Assembly (NCBI GenBank): GCA_049325595.1
Contig: JBMOLF010000001.1
Span: 64,001 to 128,000 of the forward strand
From: Candidatus Babelota bacterium
GTDB taxonomy: Bacteria > Babelota > Babeliae > Babelales > Vermiphilaceae
Direction of reading: 5' to 3'
Length of the DNA stretch: 64,000 bases
The notes beneath the pieces are model-generated. The model did no database searches. It had not been told where the DNA came from and saw only the letters and a program-made list of their open reading frames with translations. How positions within the stretch are numbered: the stretch's first letter is position 1; every line of letters begins with the position of its first letter. Shown here piece by piece: positions 30,555 to 40,627 of this stretch. The position numbers and the translations under genes were made by a program.

Positions 30555-31264
30555 TAGACCATTGATAATGCTTCATTATTATGCTCTATCCATCCTATTA
30601 CAGATCCTTGTTTAACTTTGCACCAAGTCTGTTGTTGTTCTTTTATTATAACCTCGGAGCCTTTTTTTAATGTCCCAACTATTGGATATTGCACTTGTGG
30701 CCCCGCATGTAAACAAATCTGATCAGTACAAATAGCAGTAACTGTTTGTGCTTGATAATATTTTGTATATAAAATAGTACCAACACAAAGCATATTCAGA
30801 CCAGCTAAGAGTACCAGTGTCTTCTTTTTTCGACAATAGGTATACCATATAATAAGACTAAAAAACAAAACCCAACTTATTAAAAAAATCAGTTGAAGCA
30901 TCCCTAGTGAAGTTTGACTCCATGTTTGGATTGCTATTTTTTTTTCTTGATCTTGTACACCAAGAAGCAAAGCAACATTATTAATTTGCTGTTGGGCTTT
31001 TTGATATATTGATGAAGTTGAATTTGTCTTTTGTGCTTTACGCCATGCCCATAATGCCTGTGGATAATTTTTTAAACAGTAATAACAATTACCAATGTTA
31101 TACCAAACTGCACTACTCTTTTGTTTAATTTCTTGATAAGTAGTCAATGCTTGTTCAAATTGTTTTTGTTTATACAAATGGTTACCACGCAAAAAAGTTT
31201 CTTGTGTTGTTGCACTCAAACAGATGCTTACCGCGAGCAATAGACTAAAGATCAGTCGTTTCAT
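30554..31264 (-). CDS. batE: BatE-like TPR + SH3 protein
   Basis: F..GN.LY, WYNIGN.YY TPR, TM helices, C-terminal SH3b-like W.KV....IGWI; start set at ATG 31264 with GGAGG RBS. Confidence 0.78.
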   Translation of the reverse strand: MKRLIFSLLLAVSICLSATTQETFLRGNHLYKQKQFEQALTTYQEIKQKSSAVWYNIGNCYYCLKNYPQALWAWRKAQKTNSTSSIYQKAQQQINNVALLLGVQDQEKKIAIQTWSQTSLGMLQLIFLISWVLFFSLIIWYTYCRKKKTLVLLAGLNMLCVGTILYTKYYQAQTVTAICTDQICLHAGPQVQYPIVGTLKKGSEVIIKEQQQTWCKVKQGSVIGWIEHNNEALSMV

Positions 31265-32988
31265 ACCAGCTCCTCCCAAAAAACTACCCATTTATGCGCA
31301 CGATCAAACAAATCAGCAAATTGATTTTTGTCTTTAAACAACCCAAAACGGGCTTCAGATAATTGTTTCCAAAAATCTTCCCATTGATGTTGTATTTGGC
31401 TAGGAACTGCACGATATTTAAATACTGATGCTATTTGATTTTCAAAATCTGCTTCTTGATCGATTGCCGTTTTTTGTATCACAAAAGATCTAACTTCTTG
31501 ATACAGCAATTGATAGTTCATTGTTTTTTGTGCTTTGCTAATGCTTTTCTGAACCTTTTTTAAGGCAAAAACATGAGATGACATGAATGGTAAACTTCCT
31601 TGTTGAAGCATGCGAAAAATAATTAATCCTCCCGAGGCTCCGGCAATGAGTATGCAAAGCATTATAAAAAAATTCCAGGGAATAATTTTTTCAGTTGTGG
31701 CATTCCATGGCCCCTCTGCTAATGCAGGTATTGCACTATCATCTTCTTTTTTTTCAGTTAACTCTTCTGGTCCTAATTGGTTTTCCTGAATCGGTTGATT
31801 ATTTTTTTGGTTATTAACCGCAATCACATGTATTGTTAAAGGAGAAGTAGTAAGAGTACGGTATGCTCTTTTTTGTGTGTCAAAATAGATAAATTTTTGT
31901 GCAGGAATTTCCCAATCACCTGCTTGTGTTGCTTGAATTATATACTCAAAAACTTTCTTTTGTTGATTATTATCTTGCTGAATTACCTGTTTTTTTGATT
32001 CGTACCATTTTAACGTGGGTGTCATGCCTTGCAAAGGTAAAATATCTAATCGATCAAAATCGCTATCGCCAATAAGCTCTAAAGTAAGAACCGTTCCTTC
32101 TCCTTGTTTAATAGCATGTGATTCTACCGATGCTTTAAAAGATTGGAACGTACCAACTGCTTGCGCGTGATGTTGTGTTTGCGGTAACTCGTTAACGCGT
32201 AATCGAACACCATTAGAATACACGCGTTTTTGCTCATTCATAGTTGCAAATACGGAAGTAAACATAGCAAAAAGATCATCTTTTTTACTTGGCATACTAT
32301 AATCAGCATAATAAGCAGGAATCAAGCAATTACCTGCAGATTGGGGATAAAGTTCCCAAGACCATTCAAAATATTCATAACTGGTCCCATCAATATCTTC
32401 AACGCCAGAAAAAGGACCTTGTTTTTTTTGAACAGTAAACGGACATTGATTTAATTCAGGCTCACCAACATGTCGCAGTTGTATCCGTTTATGACTTGTA
32501 TAAAATCGCAAAGTACATCGTATTTTTTCACCAACAACAACTTCAGTCTTATCACATGACAATCGCATAAATGCTTTTGCTTCTTTTGCTTTTTTTCCAG
32601 AATCAATATCAGCAACAACTTTGACGGTAACTTGATTAGAAACCAATGATTGATTGTTTGTTGTCAGTCGAGCAGGACCTAGAACAAACATGCCTTCTGC
32701 ATCTGCATAAACACGATAGTTAAAAGTAATGTGAGAAGCACCATTTATTGTTTGCATTTGAAATCCTGCAGGACGTATATGCATATGCTCATTACCAGAT
32801 AATTCAGGTTGCACATGAGTACTGGTAGCAGGAGCTATAGTTACTTGTGCTAAAAATGGTTGACCAACTAATGCCTGATTAAGCTGATCACCATCAGTAG
32901 TGGCAACATCTAAGCTAATTTCTTGCGCTGATAAGGTTATTGATAACACAAGAAACAGATAATATATATTACCAAGAATATTCTTCAT
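31261..32988 (-). CDS. batD: BatD-like protein
   Basis: Signal peptide, Ig-like repeats, V..LP....AVG.F, F.YFD....Y..L, C-terminal TM. Confidence 0.82.
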   Translation of the reverse strand: MKNILGNIYYLFLVLSITLSAQEISLDVATTDGDQLNQALVGQPFLAQVTIAPATSTHVQPELSGNEHMHIRPAGFQMQTINGASHITFNYRVYADAEGMFVLGPARLTTNNQSLVSNQVTVKVVADIDSGKKAKEAKAFMRLSCDKTEVVVGEKIRCTLRFYTSHKRIQLRHVGEPELNQCPFTVQKKQGPFSGVEDIDGTSYEYFEWSWELYPQSAGNCLIPAYYADYSMPSKKDDLFAMFTSVFATMNEQKRVYSNGVRLRVNELPQTQHHAQAVGTFQSFKASVESHAIKQGEGTVLTLELIGDSDFDRLDILPLQGMTPTLKWYESKKQVIQQDNNQQKKVFEYIIQATQAGDWEIPAQKFIYFDTQKRAYRTLTTSPLTIHVIAVNNQKNNQPIQENQLGPEELTEKKEDDSAIPALAEGPWNATTEKIIPWNFFIMLCILIAGASGGLIIFRMLQQGSLPFMSSHVFALKKVQKSISKAQKTMNYQLLYQEVRSFVIQKTAIDQEADFENQIASVFKYRAVPSQIQHQWEDFWKQLSEARFGLFKDKNQFADLFDRAHKWVVFWEELV

Positions 32989-34084
32989 GCGATGCTCCTT
33001 TATCTTGCTGATCAACTGCTGATTGAATTAATAGTTTATTAAGTTTTTCATCAGCTTTCTCTTGTTGTTCAAGAAGTTGATTAATCCATTGCATCTGCTT
33101 ATCTATTTTTTGAGTTTTACTAAAATCAGCCTGTTGTTGCTGGCTCTGTTCATTATTTTGAGATGCTGATGATTGCTCATCTTTTTTTGTACCCTTATTG
33201 CTCTGCGTATTAGAAGCTTGCTTTTGTTGGGCGTCATTCTTTTTACCATTTTGTTGAGAATTATGATGTTTAACAGATTGATCAGACTGAGATTTTTCTG
33301 ATCGTGATTGTTCACTCATGCTTTGCTGAGAAGAATTTTCTTGTTGCTGAGACTGTTCATTATTATCACCTTTCTCTTGCGACTGTTGCTGCTCACGCTC
33401 AGTGTCACCTTTGTTTTTATGTTCAGCAAATGGTGATGAATTTTTCTCTTTTTTTGGAGATTCTTGTTTTCTCTGAGAAGGTGATTGATTCTGTTTTTGT
33501 TCTTGCTGTTGCTGTTTTTGATCTTTATTCTTTTGAGCATTCTGTTGATCTTGTTTTTCTCGGTCCTGAGATGACGCATCAGATTGATCTTCTTGTGGAT
33601 CTTTCTCGTTTTCTTTTTTGTTATTTTCCTGATCAGATTGATTATTATTGCTCTCTTGTTTTTGCTCTTCTTGGTGCTTCATTTTTTTTGCGTATTCAAG
33701 ATTATGCTTCGCGCGTTCATTAGCATTATTAAGCTCTAATACCTTTTGATAAGACTCAATAGCTTGGTCCCATTCTTTGCGCTTTAAGCGTGCATTGCCG
33801 GTATTAAAATATGCTTGCTCTTTTAAAAGAGATTGTCTATCTGAAGCATGGTGTGCTGCAACAGAAAAAAATTTAACTGCCGATTCATAATCTTCTGTTT
33901 GATAGGCTGCTACACCCGCATCATATGCTAACTGGGCCGAGGTAGGAGCATTGGCAACTAATTGCTTTAAATCTTCGCTTGCTCCCTTACAATCACCTTT
34001 TTGAGCTTTGCTGATTGCTTTATCATAATCAAAAAATGAATAGCTCGTGTGAATAACACAAAGCAGTACCAGTATTAATTTCAT
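32969..34084 (-). CDS. batC: BatC-like TPR protein with Q/N/K-rich linker
   Basis: AYFNTGNA, AI.SY..VL..N.....A.HNLE, low-complexity linker, terminal W. Confidence 0.82.
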   Translation of the reverse strand: MKLILVLLCVIHTSYSFFDYDKAISKAQKGDCKGASEDLKQLVANAPTSAQLAYDAGVAAYQTEDYESAVKFFSVAAHHASDRQSLLKEQAYFNTGNARLKRKEWDQAIESYQKVLELNNANERAKHNLEYAKKMKHQEEQKQESNNNQSDQENNKKENEKDPQEDQSDASSQDREKQDQQNAQKNKDQKQQQQEQKQNQSPSQRKQESPKKEKNSSPFAEHKNKGDTEREQQQSQEKGDNNEQSQQQENSSQQSMSEQSRSEKSQSDQSVKHHNSQQNGKKNDAQQKQASNTQSNKGTKKDEQSSASQNNEQSQQQQADFSKTQKIDKQMQWINQLLEQQEKADEKLNKLLIQSAVDQQDKGASHEEYSW

Positions 34085-35085
34085 AAGATCCATTCAAGCG
34101 CAAAACAGATAAAACTAATTAACAAAAACCAATGATATTGTTCTTGATAATGATCAATTTTTTTATCGTCTATTTTTTCTTTTTCAAATCGATTAACTAA
34201 TGAAACTAATTCTTGTATGTCAGCATCATTAGTAGTTGCCTTAATATATTTACCACCTACTTGCTCAGATAATTCTTGTAATAATGGTTCATTAAGACGC
34301 GATATTACAATAGCACCATTTTTATCTTTTTGATGACCGGTTTGAACTCCATGATGGTCAATAAGCGGAACTGGTGCTCCCGTTTCGGTGCCAATTCCCA
34401 CGGTAAAAATGTGCAAGTTTTGTTGTTGAGCTTGTTGTTTAATAACAGTTAAATCATGTGAAAAATCTTCCCCGTCGGTAACTATTACCAGCAATTTATT
34501 TTTTCGATCTGCCATATCTTTAAACACACGTAGAGCCTGAATAATTGCTTGGTCAATTGCCGTACCACCTGTTGATACCGTTGAATAATCAAGCGCATTT
34601 AAAAACATAAAAAATGCTTGTGAATCTGTTGTTAAAGGGCATTGCACAAATGCTGATCCAGCAAATAAAATAAGACCAACTCGTTCAGAATTAAGCGAGG
34701 CTACTAACTGTTTAATTTTTTGCTTTGCAAATTCAAGTCGATTAGGCTCAATATCTTTTGCAAGCATACTTTTTGAGATATCAATAGCGATAAATAAATC
34801 ACGGCCTTCTTGCTGCACTACCTCTTCTTTTTTATCCCATTGAGGTCGTAGTAATGATACAAATAAGGTTGAACTTGCCACAATTAACAAAAAAGTTTTA
34901 AACAAAACTTTTAAGGGTGAATAATGCAGTAATCTTCCTTTTTTGCCTGAGCCAGCAAGAACGTGTGCATAGGTAATTGTTAAATAACTTTTATATACAA
35001 TAAGCCCTATAATAACTAATAACAGTGGCAACCACTTGATATGTGACCAAGCGCCCCACTCTATACCAAACCATGTTGTATTCAT
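34081..35085 (-). CDS. batB: BatB-like vWA membrane protein
   Basis: RPQW, DISKSM (MIDAS), PNRL..AK, PLT.D, TDGED. Confidence 0.88.
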   Translation of the reverse strand: MNTTWFGIEWGAWSHIKWLPLLLVIIGLIVYKSYLTITYAHVLAGSGKKGRLLHYSPLKVLFKTFLLIVASSTLFVSLLRPQWDKKEEVVQQEGRDLFIAIDISKSMLAKDIEPNRLEFAKQKIKQLVASLNSERVGLILFAGSAFVQCPLTTDSQAFFMFLNALDYSTVSTGGTAIDQAIIQALRVFKDMADRKNKLLVIVTDGEDFSHDLTVIKQQAQQQNLHIFTVGIGTETGAPVPLIDHHGVQTGHQKDKNGAIVISRLNEPLLQELSEQVGGKYIKATTNDADIQELVSLVNRFEKEKIDDKKIDHYQEQYHWFLLISFICFALEWIL

Positions 35086-36074
35086 AAACCATACCAAATT
35101 AATGTTGATGCAATTAGTTCAGCACCACATAAGGCTAATACACCCCATGCAAATGGCATAAAAATATCATAATATTTTTGATAAATTGGTGCTTCATATT
35201 CTTTTTTTTCTAGTCTATCAATCGTATCGTAAATTGCACGCATATCAGCTGCATTACGCGCTTGGAAAAAAGTTCCTCCTGTTTTTTGAGCAAAATAGGT
35301 TAATAATTCTTTATTTATTTTTGGTCTGCCAATAGGACCAAAAAACGAATGCATAATAACTTCATCTTTATCACTTCCTATACCAATAGTATAAATTTTG
35401 ATTCCTAATTTTTGAGCAACTTCAAGCGCTACTGTTGGATTCATATCTTTTTCACTTGGTTGGCCATCAGTTAACAATACAATCACTTTACTTGCCGCTT
35501 GCGAGTGTTTTAATCGATTACATGCAGTGACAATTGCCGTTGCCAACAATGTTCCATCAGGATTAATCATACCAAGCTCAATATCACGCACCATATCACG
35601 AATCATTTTTTTATCATGGGTAATAGGACAACGCGATAGAGTGTCGTTTGCAAATAATACCAACCCTATGGCATCGTTAGTTCGCTTTTGAATAAAATGA
35701 ATAGCCTCATCTTTTGCGATTTCTAATCGCGAACGTTTATCATCTTGGTAATCTTGATGTTGCATGCTACCAGAAACATCTAAGGCTAAAACGATATCGA
35801 TACCCTCAGCTTTGATTAATGATTTATTATCAGCTCGTTGTGGTTTGGCAACTAAAAAAGCAAGAAGTAATAACGTAATTAATCGTAACCAAGAAATTAT
35901 TTTTCTGGCATAGAAAGATCCAGTAAATGAACGATAACTGTGTAATACGTGCACCAACGAATAGCGATACATAATAGGCTTGTACCACCACAACCGCAAT
36001 GCAAGAATAGTAATCAAAAATGGAATAATGCCATATAATGCTTGTGCATTACCAAGGTGCCAAATCCATGCCAC
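35082..36074 (-). CDS. batA: BatA-like vWA membrane protein
   Basis: GIDIVLALDVSGSM, R.ND.IGLV.F, LLTDG, IYTIGIG, ID.LEK. Confidence 0.9.
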   Translation of the reverse strand: MAWIWHLGNAQALYGIIPFLITILALRLWWYKPIMYRYSLVHVLHSYRSFTGSFYARKIISWLRLITLLLLAFLVAKPQRADNKSLIKAEGIDIVLALDVSGSMQHQDYQDDKRSRLEIAKDEAIHFIQKRTNDAIGLVLFANDTLSRCPITHDKKMIRDMVRDIELGMINPDGTLLATAIVTACNRLKHSQAASKVIVLLTDGQPSEKDMNPTVALEVAQKLGIKIYTIGIGSDKDEVIMHSFFGPIGRPKINKELLTYFAQKTGGTFFQARNAADMRAIYDTIDRLEKKEYEAPIYQKYYDIFMPFAWGVLALCGAELIASTLIWYGL

Positions 36075-36077
36075 AGT

Positions 36078-36797
36078 TTATTCCTTAGTTTGTATAAACC
36101 AATCAAACACTCGATTTTTAAACGCCTCGTCAGTTTCATGTTCACCAATATACATGCGCTCTCCAATAACAACGGTAATCGGTGCATAATTGGCAAGCCA
36201 AGTATTTGGTGGATATACCTTATTTGCATTAAAAATGCGAATCGGTACTACCGGACGCCCCGTTTTTCTGGCCAGTATAACAAACCCACCAAAAAAATCA
36301 TGTACTTTGCCATCGGTATATCTGCCACCTTCTGGAAATATGATTACATGCATCTTTTGATTATTTATTACTTTAATTGCTTCAATTAAACTCCGCATAC
36401 CTTTCATGGGAGAAGACATATCAACCAACACCGAAGTTTTAGGTAACAACACACGCAAGTGCGGCGATTTAAGCAATTCAGCCATTGCCATCCATACATG
36501 ACTATAGCCATTCATAGCATTGCCAACTAAAGGAATATCAAGTGACGATTGGTGGTTGGCTACAATAACGGCTGGCTCAGAGGGTACATACCGATGTCCC
36601 TTATAACGGATAGGAACAAGAATACATTTAAGCGCTAAGTAATAAAAAGCACGTTGCACCCATAATACCCACCGACTGCCCAATACCATCTTACGTGGCA
36701 ATAGTACGATTATCAAAATGGGAATAGCAAAAACTATCCCTAAGAGAATAACCAGCGTGTATGAAATAAGAGTGTGAATAATTCTTCCAATAATCAT
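36078..36797 (-). CDS. plsC: 1-acyl-sn-glycerol-3-phosphate acyltransferase
   Basis: NHQSSLD (HX4D) and FPEGGR motifs. Confidence 0.9.
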   Translation of the reverse strand: MIIGRIIHTLISYTLVILLGIVFAIPILIIVLLPRKMVLGSRWVLWVQRAFYYLALKCILVPIRYKGHRYVPSEPAVIVANHQSSLDIPLVGNAMNGYSHVWMAMAELLKSPHLRVLLPKTSVLVDMSSPMKGMRSLIEAIKVINNQKMHVIIFPEGGRYTDGKVHDFFGGFVILARKTGRPVVPIRIFNANKVYPPNTWLANYAPITVVIGERMYIGEHETDEAFKNRVFDWFIQTKE

Positions 36798-36802
36798 AGT
36801 TA

Positions 36803-37621
36803 TTACTCAATTAATTTGATAGGAAAATAAAGATCAAACTGCTCATGCACTTTTTTACTATAAAAAATTGAAAAAACCGATAAAACAATGGGTGCAAATC
36901 CTATAATAATAAATATACTCACCAATTTGCAGGGAATAATATAACAAAGAAACAATAATATTTGTGCACCAACAGCAGCAAACAATGAAAGTAAAAAAAC
37001 AAAAGGCAAATTATAAAAAATCATCAAAAAAGCATTTTTAAAAGCTGTCAAAAAAGATGTTATGGTAATTGATGCATCAAGCCAAAATAACGTAAAAAAA
37101 GAGATAAATGCAGCATAACTAAATCCTACAAACCAGACCAAACTCGGAATCTTAGTAATGGATAAAACATGAAAGTTAAAAGGAAATAAAACCAAAACAG
37201 TTTTGGTTAAAAACCAATTGTTTGTTTTAAACACATGCGCATATAAAAAGTTAATGCCCATAGCTATTATGATAGTTGCACAAAGAAAACCAATTGCATA
37301 CAAGATATACCGACCATAATATGAATAGGTTTTTCGCAAAACACTCGGACGTATGAGTAAAAACAATATAAAAATATATAAAAAACTACCTAATAAAGCA
37401 GTAACCTTATAGATTTCAAAAGCAAAAGACTCAATACTGTTATTACCCATCAAAACTATTAAGGCACCCACTATACCAAGCAAAAACCACCATTGTGAAA
37501 ATAAGGTTGCATAACTATTTTTAATTTTCTTGTAAATTGCACTTCCAAGAACGCGTCCATTTTTTGACGTAAGTGCCACCACCTCACGCCAAGAATCTTT
37601 CCATGCTCTAAGTACTGACAT
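36803..37621 (-). CDS. Hypothetical polytopic membrane protein
   Basis: About six hydrophobic segments; RBS AGGAG. Confidence 0.75.
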   Translation of the reverse strand: MSVLRAWKDSWREVVALTSKNGRVLGSAIYKKIKNSYATLFSQWWFLLGIVGALIVLMGNNSIESFAFEIYKVTALLGSFLYIFILFLLIRPSVLRKTYSYYGRYILYAIGFLCATIIIAMGINFLYAHVFKTNNWFLTKTVLVLFPFNFHVLSITKIPSLVWFVGFSYAAFISFFTLFWLDASITITSFLTAFKNAFLMIFYNLPFVFLLSLFAAVGAQILLFLCYIIPCKLVSIFIIIGFAPIVLSVFSIFYSKKVHEQFDLYFPIKLIE

Positions 37622-37656
37622 TCTCTCTCCTAGAGATTAATTACTTAAAAAAGTTT

Positions 37657-38322
37657 TTATTTCATTTCTTCTAAGCGATCTATTCCATTAAAAATACGTA
37701 ATGCTTTTTGTGTGTCTGGATATTTAAAAAGACCGGTACCAATGGCAAAATCATCTACCCCTTTTTTAAGCAACATCTCATAATTCTGCACCGTAACGCC
37801 CCCATCTACAGCAATTCTAAATTTAAGATTGCGGGTTTGACGATAACCAAGAAGAGGATCAATCTTAGACAATGTATCGGTTAACATTGGTTGTCCTGCA
37901 AAACCAGGTTTTACCGTCATAATAAGAACTTGATGAAGTTTGTCTAAAAATGGAAATACATCTTGCACCGGTGTTTCAGGCGAAATTGCCAAGCTTGGTA
38001 ACCAATTTTTTTGTTTTATTTTTTTTATCATTACCAGTACGCCACCTTTAGATTCCAAATGAAAGGTAAATATGCTTCCACCGGGTAATGGTAAACGCTC
38101 TAAATAATCTTTTGGCCGTTCAACCATTAAATGGGCCCATAATTGTTTTGCTGTAATGCGCGTAATGGGCTCAATAAACATAGGACCAACCGTTATATTA
38201 GACGTAAAATAAGGATCCATAATATCAATATGATAACCATGTACATATTGTTCGGTCTCTTCAATATCTTTTTTTAAATTCATTACATCAGCAGCTATTA
38301 ATGATGGATAAATTCCTGGCAT
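37657..38322 (-). CDS. rpe: Ribulose-phosphate 3-epimerase
   Basis: PSLIAAD, HIDIMD, HLMV, MTVKPGF.GQ, VDGGV; start set at ATG 38322 with AAGGAG RBS. Confidence 0.92.
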   Translation of the reverse strand: MPGIYPSLIAADVMNLKKDIEETEQYVHGYHIDIMDPYFTSNITVGPMFIEPITRITAKQLWAHLMVERPKDYLERLPLPGGSIFTFHLESKGGVLVMIKKIKQKNWLPSLAISPETPVQDVFPFLDKLHQVLIMTVKPGFAGQPMLTDTLSKIDPLLGYRQTRNLKFRIAVDGGVTVQNYEMLLKKGVDDFAIGTGLFKYPDTQKALRIFNGIDRLEEMK

Positions 38323-38498
38323 ACGATCTCCTTTATTAGATGTCATGTAAGTCTATTTACACGGTACTTAATCACGCATGATAATTGCAAGTCCTTGCTA
38401 CTGCTCAGCAATGGGATTTTTCATTTTAAAATAAGGTTTATTTACATTCAAAGAGCCTCTATTTTATACTCGAAAAAATGTAAAAGGAGATCGCTAAA

Positions 38499-39923
38499 AT
38501 GAATAAAACACAAAAAATTATCAGCTTATGCAGTCTGGCATTTATGCTTACTGGTTTTACCATATGGAAACGCGGTGCAGCACATAAACCAGATCTTACC
38601 GCTATAAAAGATTCAACTAATATAATACCCGTACTCATAGTTGGTTCAGGTCCAACAGGATTAAGTGCTGCTTTGTTTACTGCGCGAGCAGGTTTTAAAA
38701 CGGTAGTACTTGCTGGCTCTCAACCAGGTGGTCATTTAAATGAAATTTCAACCATCGAAAATTGGCCAGGTTCTCCTAAAATGAAAGGCACTGAACTGGG
38801 ACAAGAATTAGAAAAACAAGCAACACAGTTTGGGGCACATATTATAAAAGATAATGCAAAAGAAATTGATTTAGGACAATGGCCATTTAAAGTTGAAACC
38901 ACAGATGGTCGTATTTTGCATGCTCTAACGGTTATTGCAGCAACTGGTGGTGAACCAAAGCGCCTAGATATTCCTGGTCTAGATACGTATTGGGGTAAGG
39001 GAGTTGGCGTATGTACTATTTGTGATGCACCGCTTAATAAAGGACAAACAGTAATAGTGGTCGGTGGATCAGATACTGCAGCAGAGCGCGCTATGCAGCT
39101 TGCTCCTTTTGCAAAAAAAGTGATTATGGTAGTTCGTGAACCCCAATTGCAAGCAACGGCACAAGTTCAAAAATACCTCAAAGAATATGATACTATTTCT
39201 ACCATGCTTAACAGCCAAATTATGCGCATAGACGGCGATGGCAATAGAATAAATACGGTTACCGCAAAACATAACACAACTAATCAAACAGAAGCTATCC
39301 CTGCTCATGCAGTATACCTTTCTGTTGGTTTTACACCACGTACCGATTTATTTAAAAAACAAGTAAAATTAGATGCAAATGGCTACATCGCAATTAATCG
39401 TCCAACTCATCAAACTTCGGTTCCCGGTGTTTTTGCTGCTGGTATTGTAACTGATGGCATTTACAACAAGGCAAGTATTTCATCGGGCATGGGAGTACAA
39501 GCTGCTATCGATGCTATTAATTTCTTGCAAGAGATTGGCTATACGCCCGCATTTGAAGAACAAATTGAACAACAACTTTTTAAAGAAAACAATACTAATT
39601 CAGCGAATAACTTGCAAATCATACGCACTCAACAAGAACTTGATACCTTATTAAATAAACCACTGGTAGTTATTCAAACAATGCATCCATTATGTTCATT
39701 ATGCCAAGCAACCCACAAAACATTCAAAAAGCTTGCGCAGCAATATAAAGATAAAATAGCTTTTGCACAGCTTGATATTAGCAAAACAGCACATCTTGCA
39801 AAACAATTAGGAGCAACGCAGGCATCAACACTAATTGCACTAAAAAATGGTAAGGTCATTACTACTAAACAGACTTTTGATGGCAAGCAAATCGAAGAAT
39901 TTGTAAACAACCTAATACGTTAA
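38499..39923 (+). CDS. trxB: Thioredoxin reductase fused to a C-terminal thioredoxin domain, with N-terminal signal/TM
   Basis: GSGPTG FAD motif, IENWPG, CTICD active site, TSVPGVFAAG; C-terminal CSLC thioredoxin fold. Confidence 0.88.
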   Translation: MNKTQKIISLCSLAFMLTGFTIWKRGAAHKPDLTAIKDSTNIIPVLIVGSGPTGLSAALFTARAGFKTVVLAGSQPGGHLNEISTIENWPGSPKMKGTELGQELEKQATQFGAHIIKDNAKEIDLGQWPFKVETTDGRILHALTVIAATGGEPKRLDIPGLDTYWGKGVGVCTICDAPLNKGQTVIVVGGSDTAAERAMQLAPFAKKVIMVVREPQLQATAQVQKYLKEYDTISTMLNSQIMRIDGDGNRINTVTAKHNTTNQTEAIPAHAVYLSVGFTPRTDLFKKQVKLDANGYIAINRPTHQTSVPGVFAAGIVTDGIYNKASISSGMGVQAAIDAINFLQEIGYTPAFEEQIEQQLFKENNTNSANNLQIIRTQQELDTLLNKPLVVIQTMHPLCSLCQATHKTFKKLAQQYKDKIAFAQLDISKTAHLAKQLGATQASTLIALKNGKVITTKQTFDGKQIEEFVNNLIR

Positions 39924-40573
39924 TTTTTATTTTTCTTGAAAATTTTATCAAAGCCTTTTTTGAGTTCATGAGGTAAAGACTCGAAAAAGGCTTTGATTTT
40001 TTCTTGTTGCTTTTTTTCTTTTTCTTTTCTTTTTAACTTTTTTTCTAATTTATTGCGATGCTGAGCGCCACGTTCTTTACCTTCTTCACGAATAGCAATA
40101 GCAAGTTCATTTTCGATTTGTTTTAACTCTTTTTCTTCTTGGATTATCATATTTTCTAATTCTTTTAACTTTTTTTCAGATATAGGTTTTTCTCTATCTT
40201 CCTTTGAAATAGAATCTTTTAATCCTTCTTTTACTTTCACCACATTTTTGGCTATTACTGCTACCGATTCAGGTGTATGTTTTTTATTGTCTATACTCGC
40301 AATACTTTCCTCTAAATTGTCGGGTTGACTCACCAATTCTTTTACTATTTTTTTTGCAAGAACACCTCGTACTAAAGTCTTGTATTCTTGCGCTATTCCT
40401 TTTCTTTGTCCTTCTAATTCCTCAATATGTAATTTAGGACTGCTTTTAGGACTTTGACTTCTACTTCGGGATTTTTCCATAGAAATGGATGAAAAGGTGA
40501 CTTTTAAACAAAGCATTAATAAACATTTTTTATTCATTTCCATCCTTGAAAATAACCGTAGGCATAAGATCAA
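39920..40573 (-). CDS. Hypothetical Lys/Glu-rich secreted protein
   Basis: Signal-like N-terminus, SPKSSPK, coiled coil; paralog of 40628-41359. Confidence 0.7.
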   Translation of the reverse strand: MILCLRLFSRMEMNKKCLLMLCLKVTFSSISMEKSRSRSQSPKSSPKLHIEELEGQRKGIAQEYKTLVRGVLAKKIVKELVSQPDNLEESIASIDNKKHTPESVAVIAKNVVKVKEGLKDSISKEDREKPISEKKLKELENMIIQEEKELKQIENELAIAIREEGKERGAQHRNKLEKKLKRKEKEKKQQEKIKAFFESLPHELKKGFDKIFKKNKN

Positions 40574-40627
40574 GGGCAGTGTACTGATAAAAAAACAAAG
40601 AAGTTAACAATGTAATACAAATAATTA

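Noticed and set aside
33103..33723. Alternative-frame and antisense ORFs inside the batC-like gene
   Set aside because: By-products of the low-complexity Q/N/K/S linker.
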